A stretch of 24,264 nucleotides of DNA. Origin: a virus (Duplodnaviria; Caudoviricetes). This document shows, in pieces, positions 1-8,200 of this stretch. Positions within the stretch are counted from its first letter, which is position 1, and each line of letters begins with the position of its first letter. A model generated the notes under the pieces. It worked only from the letters and a program-made list of their open reading frames with translations. It was not told the origin of the DNA and did not search any database. The stretch is taken from positions 1 to 24,264 of IMG/VR virus record IMGVR_UViG_3300025803_000100, one strand, 5' to 3'. A program made the position numbers and the translations under genes.

Positions 1-570
1 GGCCTCGCATCAGACGACGCCCGATTCCCGGACGCCACGATGAACCGCATCGTGAACCGGGCGATCCGCCAGATCAGCTCAGAACACGACTGGCCGTGGA
101 ACCACGCCCAAACCAACCTGTCCACCACCGCCGACGTACAAACCGTCAACCTCCCCGCCACCGCATCCAAAATCCTGCGGCTAGAAATCGACGGCAAACA
201 ACTCCTGCAACTCTCCCCCACCGAAGGCGGCTCGTACTCGCAGGACCGAGGCCAACCCCAAGCCTACTGGGTTGAGCACGAAAAGATCCATTTCGCTCCG
301 GTCCCCGACGGCGTCTACACCGTCTACACCCTGTACTCGGCGTACGAAACCGCCCTGTCCGACGACACCGACACCCCGAACCTTCCCGACCGGTACCTCG
401 ACTGGCTCGTACAAATCGCTCTCGTACAGGTAGCTCAACGCATCCGAGACACGGACCTGTATCAGATGGCCGACAGGGAACGGCGCATGTGGGGCCGTCG
501 GGCAGCGGACGAAACCCGCCGTAGCGGCCAGTCCGTGAAACTGAAGACCCGTAACGACTGGTGGATGTGA
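1..570 (+). CDS. Podovirus-type head-tail adaptor / tail tubular protein A-like (5' truncated)
   Basis: The frame is open from position 1 (GLASDDARFPDATMNRIVNRA), so the true start is upstream of the window. It carries IN.A..I...WPW, G.P..Y, I.F.PVPD..Y and D.P.LP..Y patterns typical of phage adaptors, and lies directly upstream of the nozzle-like gene. Confidence 0.7.
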   Translation, partial: GLASDDARFPDATMNRIVNRAIRQISSEHDWPWNHAQTNLSTTADVQTVNLPATASKILRLEIDGKQLLQLSPTEGGSYSQDRGQPQAYWVEHEKIHFAPVPDGVYTVYTLYSAYETALSDDTDTPNLPDRYLDWLVQIALVQVAQRIRDTDLYQMADRERRMWGRRAADETRRSGQSVKLKTRNDWWM

Positions 571-571
571 C

Positions 572-2185
572 ATGAGACAGTCAGTGCGGATTTACCGGGA
601 CTGGAAGCAGGGTAGTTCTGGTTCTGCGGACCCTGCCGGAACCGAGTACAACTCGGAGAACGCTCAAGTGTACGAGAACGGTACGCTCGGGCCCCGCCCC
701 GGTTGGAAAGAACTCACCGAGTCGGGCACGCCCGGCATGGATCAGGCAGCCGATGAGCTGGTCGGGTTGCAATGGTATCCGGAAACGGACGGCGACCAGA
801 ACCTTGCCGTTGTCGTGTACGACACGACCGCTACCGCTCACGCCTTTGACACGTTCGATCTGGACACGGCCTCATGGGACAACAACCTGCGTGCCCTAGC
901 GGACCTCGCAGACACCGGGCATGAGTTGTCTCCGGCCTTGTACGACGATTCCCCGAAGGCCCCGGTATCCAACGACGGGTCCATTATTACAGCGCTCGGC
1001 CCGTATCTGCTGTTCGCTACCGCATCCGCTATCGGCACCGTATCAGCCATCACCACCTCCGACGGGGACGCACGGGCTGCTGTCGTCAACCGTGAACGAG
1101 CCTACTACTACGGGATCGCATCCAAACCGGGACGCATCTACTACTCGAACGCAGCCGATTTCTCAACGATCGCTTCCACCTCGTTCTTCGATATCAACGC
1201 CGACGTGGACTCGGTCGCAGGCGCCCCCGTCTCGTTGTGGTCTGTGAAGAACTCGCTGCTGATCGCATGCAAAGACAACCGGTGGCTCGTGTTGACGGGC
1301 GCTTCCCCGGAGAACGGCACGCTGAAAGAGCTAGGCAAAGACGTTGTGCCGGTGCACGCTACCGCTACGGTCGTTGACAACACCGTCTGGTTCTTGTCTC
1401 CTACGGGGCACGGAGTTGTTGCAGCGTCGCCGGGGTTCGTAGAAACCGAACAGCTAGCGCATCTGTCCCCGCTCGCCTACCCGGGGTCTACCGAGTCTCG
1501 CCCGTCTAACGCTTTCATGCCGCAAACGGGCGTCGGGGACGACGTCAACGGGTCGCTGTTTCTGCCGGGCCGCAAACTATCTAACGCCACCGACATTCTT
1601 GCGGTGGAACGAAACAATCAGGTGTTCACGTTGAGCCGGTGGGTGCGGCAGTCAACCACCGAAGACGTCGTGTTCTCGAAGGGTCGCCCGAACGAAATGT
1701 ATTGTGCGGTCGACAACACCACCGACTACGCTTTGTATTCACGGAACATGACGTTGAACCGTCCCGCTAACTCGGGCGATTCGTTGAGTGTTGCGTTGGC
1801 GTTGGAAGCGGACACTGCGTCCGGCACGGATGTTGTTGTTGATTTGGGTGAGCATCCTGCGGGGCAGGGGCGGGTTGTGCGTCCGGTGAAGGTTGTTGCC
1901 GACATTGATTATTGGAAAGGCGGCAACTATTCGGCACCGGAGTTTGCGGTGGACGCTACCGTTTACGGCACCGAGTCTACGACCCCGGAGGATGTGATGG
2001 CGCAGCAGACGGTTACGACTACGGGCTGGGCGGACACGTCGGGGGATGCGCCGTACAAGCGGCGGGTTTCGGTGGCGTTGCCTAACTTGCAGTTCGGTAC
2101 CCGGTTCCGTGTCCGGTTGACGTTTGACAATTTGGCGTTGGATAACGTGCAGGTGTATTACGACGAGCAGGACGACATTCGATGA
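572..2185 (+). CDS. Tail nozzle / tail tubular protein B-like (beta-propeller virion protein)
   Basis: 537 aa, beta-rich. N-terminal N...Y.NG.L..RPG and internal RIYYS...DF segments are typical of podoviral stabilisation/nozzle proteins. It sits between adaptor and tail fibre, with an ATGA overlap to the next gene. Confidence 0.65.
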   Translation: MRQSVRIYRDWKQGSSGSADPAGTEYNSENAQVYENGTLGPRPGWKELTESGTPGMDQAADELVGLQWYPETDGDQNLAVVVYDTTATAHAFDTFDLDTASWDNNLRALADLADTGHELSPALYDDSPKAPVSNDGSIITALGPYLLFATASAIGTVSAITTSDGDARAAVVNRERAYYYGIASKPGRIYYSNAADFSTIASTSFFDINADVDSVAGAPVSLWSVKNSLLIACKDNRWLVLTGASPENGTLKELGKDVVPVHATATVVDNTVWFLSPTGHGVVAASPGFVETEQLAHLSPLAYPGSTESRPSNAFMPQTGVGDDVNGSLFLPGRKLSNATDILAVERNNQVFTLSRWVRQSTTEDVVFSKGRPNEMYCAVDNTTDYALYSRNMTLNRPANSGDSLSVALALEADTASGTDVVVDLGEHPAGQGRVVRPVKVVADIDYWKGGNYSAPEFAVDATVYGTESTTPEDVMAQQTVTTTGWADTSGDAPYKRRVSVALPNLQFGTRFRVRLTFDNLALDNVQVYYDEQDDIR

Positions 2186-3423
2186 GCGGCAGGACGTTTA
2201 CGTACACGACGGGGTTTGATTCGTTTGTGAAGACGTTGTTGCCGGAGGTTGAGGCGCCGGTTCGTCGTAAGGCGGGCGGTGTCGGTGACGGCATGTTGCG
2301 TGACGTTGAGGAGTTTATCAACCGGTTTTGTGTGACGGCTGCCAACGATGACGGCGATTTGACGTTTGATGCTGCGGGCACGTACACGTTCGACGGTGCC
2401 CTTGTGGTGAACGGGGACGCTACGATCAACGGGGACACGACCGTAGCCGGCGATATTACGGTAGAGGCGTCATTAGGCGGAGGTCTAACTCTCAACACTT
2501 CGGTAAACTCTCAGGTGCGTTCGTGGCTGTCCTCGTACAACGCTGGATGGTTCTTTACCCCCTCTACCTCCGGGTACGACGACGGCGAAATCGGGATTGT
2601 TCCGGCAAATAGAACGTCAGCTAACGAGTTCTGGTCGCTTGTTCTCCGCAGCCCGGCATACAACACGTCTAGCAGAGCGTATGCAGAAATCACACTAAAC
2701 GGCGAAGCAGAAAACGCATCGACCGCAGAGTACATTGGGCTCAATGCCGGGTCGTGGGATGCGTATGTTGGAGGAACCAACGGAGTGTCGGTAACGTATC
2801 TTGGCACGCTGTGCATGTCGTTCAACACCAGCAGAAACATGATTCTCCCGTACCAGTTGCGTGGAGCCTCTGGGTCGGCAGGGACCCCGTCGTTTAGTTT
2901 CAGCTCGGACACTAACACCGGCATGTACCGGCACGGGGCAGACGAAATCGGCTTCTCTACCGGCGGAACCGTAAGGTTCCAAATCCAGTCCGCCAACGTG
3001 TACGTACCCACCTCCGGCGGTTCGTATGTAGCCAACAGCCCAACCACCGGATCGGGAAACTCCGCAGACTGGAACACCGTGTTCGGGGTCTACTATCTGT
3101 ACCGAAACACTTCCACGGCCGCAGGCAAACGAAACGTCCAAACAGATCTGGAAGGCTGGCTAACCGCCGACATGGTCGATCAGATCGTTCCCAAAATGTG
3201 GACCCGAGACCACGCCCCCGAGTTCCCAGAGATCGGCCCGATGGCTGAAGATATGGACGCTATCTCTCCGTTCCTCGGCGTGCACGGAACCGACAAAGAC
3301 GGTAATCAAGTGCTTACGGGCATTGACCGCAACAGTTACCTATCGCTTCTAGTGTTGGCGCTGCAAGACGCTAGGCGAAGGATATCCGTGTTGGAAGCTA
3401 GGAATCACGGCCCGGGCGTGTGA
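2182..3423 (+). CDS. Tail fibre/spike with C-terminal intramolecular chaperone (Peptidase S74-like)
   Basis: 6-aa beta repeats (GALVVN GDATIN GDTTVA GDITVE) and a GSAGTPSFSFSSDTNTGMYR fibre motif. The autocleavage dyad S-x4-K is present (STAAGKRNV), followed by IGPMAEDM and a terminal coiled coil (LALQDARRRISVLE). Confidence 0.85.
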   Translation: MSGRTFTYTTGFDSFVKTLLPEVEAPVRRKAGGVGDGMLRDVEEFINRFCVTAANDDGDLTFDAAGTYTFDGALVVNGDATINGDTTVAGDITVEASLGGGLTLNTSVNSQVRSWLSSYNAGWFFTPSTSGYDDGEIGIVPANRTSANEFWSLVLRSPAYNTSSRAYAEITLNGEAENASTAEYIGLNAGSWDAYVGGTNGVSVTYLGTLCMSFNTSRNMILPYQLRGASGSAGTPSFSFSSDTNTGMYRHGADEIGFSTGGTVRFQIQSANVYVPTSGGSYVANSPTTGSGNSADWNTVFGVYYLYRNTSTAAGKRNVQTDLEGWLTADMVDQIVPKMWTRDHAPEFPEIGPMAEDMDAISPFLGVHGTDKDGNQVLTGIDRNSYLSLLVLALQDARRRISVLEARNHGPGV

Positions 3424-3429
3424 TAAGAT
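3421..3429 (+). promoter_or_regulatory. Putative extended -10 promoter (TGnTAAGAT) for a leaderless transcript starting at 3436
   Basis: TG-A-TAAGAT, then 6 nt, then ATG at 3436, with no Shine-Dalgarno sequence. This matches actinobacterial leaderless geometry. Confidence 0.5.
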
Positions 3430-3435
3430 TATGGC

Positions 3436-3582
3436 ATGACTGAGCCGGCCCCTATTACGTTTACAGATGAGCAGCTTCTCGAAGCAGTAAAGGCTGCACC
3501 AGAACCGATCCAAACCCAGATAGCTATTATCGCTATGCAGATGGAACTCACCGAACGGCGAGCCGCCGACGAACAGGAATGA
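3436..3582 (+). CDS. Small helical protein, 48 aa (MTEPAPITFTDEQLLEAVKAAPEPIQTQIAIIAMQMELTERRAADEQE)
   Basis: Translated by hand (below the ORF-track cutoff). It exactly fills the gap between the tail fibre and the next gene. Confidence 0.65.
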   Translation: MTEPAPITFTDEQLLEAVKAAPEPIQTQIAIIAMQMELTERRAADEQE

Positions 3583-3585
3583 CCA

Positions 3586-4380
3586 ATGGCTCTACTAACT
3601 TCCGCAGAGATGGCGGCTCTTGCTGCGTTGCCGCCCGAGGAGCTCGAGGTTCTTAGACAGTTTGCTGCAACAGCGACCCCGCAGGAGCAAGAAGAACTTA
3701 GGATCTTTGCTACGACCGCTCCTCTAGAAGAACGTGAAGCGCTCAAGAAGTTCTCTTTGACTGCTACTGAGGAGCAGAAGGCAGCCCTGCGGCAGGCAGC
3801 GGCGGAGGCTGCGGCAGAAGCCGCAATGCAGTCGGCGGAGGAACAGCGGGAATCTCAGAACCCTGCGTACGCTGCGTTTCTGCAGGCTCAGGGGTTGTCC
3901 GAAGCTAAGATCGATGACGAGATTGCGTTGCGGCAGGCGCTGTTTCAAGAAGATGCCCGCCGCCGCAGCGAAGCGTACGCTCGTGCCACTGAGCGTGCGA
4001 TCGAAGGGCATCAGATGGATTTCGAGAACCGTGGCCTGTTCCGGTCCGGTACCCGATTGAACCGGGAAGCTAAGACTCGGGAACGTATCGGGTTCGATTT
4101 GGAACAGGAACAGTACGCTGCTCAGCGGGCGCAGGAAGAACTGCAGCGCCGGCTGGAACAGCAACGTTCGGATCTTTCTCGTGAGGCGGCGGCTATGCGT
4201 TTGCAACTGGCGGCGGAGGAGGCTGCCAATGAGATTGATAAGGGCACCACATCCTCCAGCCCGGCACCTAGCTACTCTAGCCCAACGTACACGCAACCTA
4301 AAACATACACTACTTATACTAACAACACCACTACCACGAGTAAAACCCGCACCGGCGGCGGAGACTCCAACTACCGCTAG
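3586..4380 (+). CDS. Probable internal virion (ejection) protein, coiled-coil
   Basis: A/E/Q/R-rich helical protein with an RGLFRSG motif of the kind seen in podoviral core proteins, and an S/T-rich tail. AGGA lies upstream of the ATG. Confidence 0.55.
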   Translation: MALLTSAEMAALAALPPEELEVLRQFAATATPQEQEELRIFATTAPLEEREALKKFSLTATEEQKAALRQAAAEAAAEAAMQSAEEQRESQNPAYAAFLQAQGLSEAKIDDEIALRQALFQEDARRRSEAYARATERAIEGHQMDFENRGLFRSGTRLNREAKTRERIGFDLEQEQYAAQRAQEELQRRLEQQRSDLSREAAAMRLQLAAEEAANEIDKGTTSSSPAPSYSSPTYTQPKTYTTYTNNTTTTSKTRTGGGDSNYR

Positions 4381-4409
4381 TCCGCAACGACCCGAAGACG
4401 AGATTCATA

Positions 4410-5255
4410 ATGGCTGAACTTGATCGCAACATGAGCGAAGGTGAACGTCGGGACATTGTTCGGGCGCTCGCTACCCGCACGGACCGAGGGCACGAGATCA
4501 AAGAAACTACGGTCCAACCCCAGTATGATTACGCTGCGGCTGCGCAAGCAGCGATGGCCGCTGACCCGGTAGACATTCCGCCGGAAGCGCTAGCGGACCT
4601 GTCTGCCCGCACGAACGCCCCTTCGGAGGCGGGCTCTCTTTACGCTGAAGCGCAGCGGGCTATCTTCGAGGCGGGCCGTGGGCGTGAAGGCGAATACAGC
4701 GATGTTTGGTTTGACGACCATCAGGGCGTTATTGACGCTTCTCTGTTTGCGCTGGACGAGTACCGGGCTGCGGTTGAGGCGGGGCGGGCTAAGGCTGCGG
4801 TGGGGACCGGCGGGGATACTCCGAGGATGCCTACTCCGAGGATTCCTACTCAACCCACGGACGGCGAGAACCCGCTAGCTCCGTGGCTAGCTATGTTGTC
4901 TACTGACCAATATGACCGGCTGACTTCTGTGGCAGGAAAGCACAATGATGTGGCTGAGATGTTCTATGAGCAAAGCGGCGAGTTCTTCCAGCTACGCCTA
5001 GACGACGGGTACACGTGGGAGCAGGCCCGACGAGAGGCATACACCTACCTCACCACCCAAGCGGGACTTACTCCAAACGAAGCTATGGACATGCTGTCCA
5101 TTTACACGGCTATGTGGGAATCTGAGTTCAAGGGTGAAACCATCACGTATGACCCGGCCGCAGGCATGGGGCCCGGAGTCACCGGACCGTACCTTCCTAC
5201 TCCGGGAGTGGGAACCGCACCCATCGCGCGTTCTAGTAATCTAGCCGCCCAATAA
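4410..5255 (+). CDS. Probable internal virion protein
   Basis: 281 aa, helical and acidic with a Pro/Gly linker. Located between the coiled-coil protein and the giant protein. The function is inferred from position only. Confidence 0.5.
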   Translation: MAELDRNMSEGERRDIVRALATRTDRGHEIKETTVQPQYDYAAAAQAAMAADPVDIPPEALADLSARTNAPSEAGSLYAEAQRAIFEAGRGREGEYSDVWFDDHQGVIDASLFALDEYRAAVEAGRAKAAVGTGGDTPRMPTPRIPTQPTDGENPLAPWLAMLSTDQYDRLTSVAGKHNDVAEMFYEQSGEFFQLRLDDGYTWEQARREAYTYLTTQAGLTPNEAMDMLSIYTAMWESEFKGETITYDPAAGMGPGVTGPYLPTPGVGTAPIARSSNLAAQ

Positions 5256-5268
5256 GCAGGTACCTGCC

Positions 5269-8200
5269 GTGATAACCGCCGCCCTCGGCATCGACCCTTC
5301 CGGGACCCAGTCGTCTACCCAGACGTCTACGTCCACATCTGTACCCAGCCTCCTCGACTGGGCCAACGGGGCTACCACTAGCCCCCGACCCCAACAGGTG
5401 ACCCCAGCCCCAGCCACAACATCGAGCGTTCCTAGCTTGCTTGAATGGTCCGGGATTGCGCAGCCGACCACTAGCCAGCAGCAGCCGCAGCAGCCACAGC
5501 AGCCGGCTGCGTTCGCCACCGACAACGTCGACACGGACCGCGGCATGCGGGTAATCGAGTGGGTCATTGAGCATCAAGCTGTCCCGCTCGGAGACGACGA
5601 CCAGCAACTCCGAGACATGGTGGGCACTATGGCCCGCCTGTACTTCGGAGGCGACGAGGAAACTAAATCCTCCGTAGAAGAAGTCATGATCGCAGTGTCC
5701 GATGTTGTGCCCAAAGAAATGTGGGCACAGTACGGGCTAGAAAAGTTCACAGACACAGAATCCGGGTTCGATAACTTCGGTGGCCGGTTCTTAGACAACG
5801 CCAAAGGACTCGGCGGCACTATCACCAACTGGGGGTTCGGAGATAACCCGTTCGGTAAATACGTGGGGCAACCGCTAGCTACCGGCCTGTCTCACATGCA
5901 GCAGACCGCACTTATGACGGTGTCCGCTGTACGCAACGGCCGCATCGGTGACGCCGCAATGATTCTTGCTGAGGCTGTAGCGGAGCCGGCTACCCTCGGG
6001 AAGATCGACACGGACGGCGGGGCCGTCGACCGGGAACTGGCCCGGTGGGACATCGACTCGAACGGGTGGATGGACTTTGCCGAAGCGCTCGGCTACAACC
6101 CTAACTCGTCCGGGCGAGGCGGCTGGGTTGGCGGGTTCATCTTTGAGCTAGCAAACTTTGTGGGCGGCGAACTGTTAGACCCGCTCAACTATTTGACCCT
6201 CGGTGGTGCTTCCGCTAAGGGCGGGCTGGACATGGTGGAAGAAATGTACGGCACGGGCGCCCGTCTGGTCGTGGAACGAGAAGGTCTAGATGCGGTACTC
6301 AGCGCCAGCGAACAGGCCGCGTTGCAGAGTAGGCTCACGAAATCTTTAGAAATAGCGTTCGGGGAGGAGGGTCGTAGACGCACCGCCTACGAGGTTCTGC
6401 GCCGTCTGGACCCGAGCGACGTAGCAGACAAACGAGTTCGGGAAGCTATTTCTTCTATCCAATCCGGGCGAGGCGTTCACGTTGCCGGCGTTCGGCTCCC
6501 CGGGTCGGAGGCTGTGCAGCAATTCCCGGGCCGCCAAAAGGTAGAGTACGCTGGCCGGGCAGACGAGATCGCCCGACGCAAACTATTGACTCCCGACCCG
6601 ACCGATATTCGCCCGATCGACCAGCAGTTCGGTAAGCGAATAAACATTCTGGACGGCACGTACATCGACGGGGACGACCTGCGGGCGCTGGTAGATTCCC
6701 CGACGGAGTTGACTCCGGCAGCGGAAACAGCAGCAGCGGCCCGCTACGAGTTCGGGGTGACCACCCACAGCGGCGACCCGATGGGCACCGGCCGGTTCAC
6801 GTTGTACGACGACGGCACTGCGATCATTGACGACGTCACCCCTTCCGACCCCGCAGGGTCCCTTGTAGATGTCAACAGTCGCCTACTGGACGACGTGATC
6901 CCTACGTTGGAAAACTCCGGGTTCCACACTATCCGGGTTCGGGCAGACGGAGATCCGTGGTCTTGGACCGACAAGGGTTTTGTGCTGGACACGGCACGCA
7001 CTAGCGAGGTGATGGAGTGGTTGGATCATTTGGATGCCCGGCTGGGCCAGATTCTTTCTGATGAAGGCACAGCGTCAGCGGCAGGCAAAGCGCTCGGCGG
7101 CGGGTCGGACCGGTTCGGGTATTACGCTGCGGTTCGTGACCTGCGGGAACGGGTCCTTGCTGCTCGGGACAACCCGAACGCAGCTAACTTGTTTGCCATA
7201 GCGGACCCTACTGGGCCTAACTGGAAAGCTATTGGGGAACTCATCGACGGCGATTGGGGTGTTGTTCCCATGATGCGGGGCATCACTAACGTCCCCGGCA
7301 ACGGGCACATTGCACGTATCGTATCTCCGGGGTTGGCGCAGCGCATCAGGCAGTCCCCTACGGGGCAGTTCTTTGGGGACCGCCTCACGCCGAGGGCTGG
7401 GGTTCGCCGCACGTCCGGCACTCAAACCGCCGAGGGCTTGTACCGTTCGCAGCAGCGAGCAAAGTTTGCTGCCGAGAACCAGTTGGATGACAACATCGGT
7501 GCCATGACTAAACTGAAACGTCAGGCTCAGGCCGAGTTTGCGGATGACCCTACTGTTGTTGATGACATTGTTCGGGAAGCGTTGGAGAAGACGGATGAGC
7601 CCGGCAACATTTACGGCCCGGTCGGAGATCCGCTCGACGGCACAGCGGTTTTAGCTAAGCTAGACCACGAGGACTTGTTGACTGCGGAACTTCAGGCGCT
7701 GCGCAGCGAAGGCAAGTTTGCGACCGCAGAGTATTTGGAGTTGATGCACGATCTGCGTAAGGCGGGAGATGACGCTGCGGTCAAGGCCGGGCTTCCTGAG
7801 GATTTCTTGCGGGAGGGGTATTTCCCTCGGATCACTACGCAGGAGGGCGAGAAGGCGATCAAAGAGAACGCTCATTTGATGGAGAAGTTTGGGCTGGACC
7901 CGAACAGTAAAGTGTCGTTGCATGAGCAGATGCATCAGAAACGCCGTACGTTCATGCCGGAGGCTACTATTGAAGAAGCCAACGACGCGGCGCGCATCAT
8001 GTTCGATTTGGAAGATGGCGTGAACCTGTTTGTAGAGGACCCGCTGGTGGCGTTTGCTCTGCGATCGAAGTCGTCGTTTACGGCGGCAGCGCAGATGGAC
8101 ATGCTGGACGAGCTAGTTGGACTTACGGACGACACCGGCCGCACGGTGGCTGCGTGGGGCGAAGGGGCCGTCGGGTACAACGAGAAGGCGCTACGTCAAC

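Noticed and set aside
3580-3588. Stop read-through fusing the 48-aa ORF to the next gene (TGA CCA ATG, in frame)
   Set aside because: In-frame spacing has a 1-in-3 chance, the downstream gene has its own AGGA, and no recoding signal is visible.
5338-5505. Duplicated SVPSLL(D/E)W motif and CAG-rich tract at the giant protein N-terminus
   Set aside because: This is a low-complexity protein linker, not a DNA-level repeat element.
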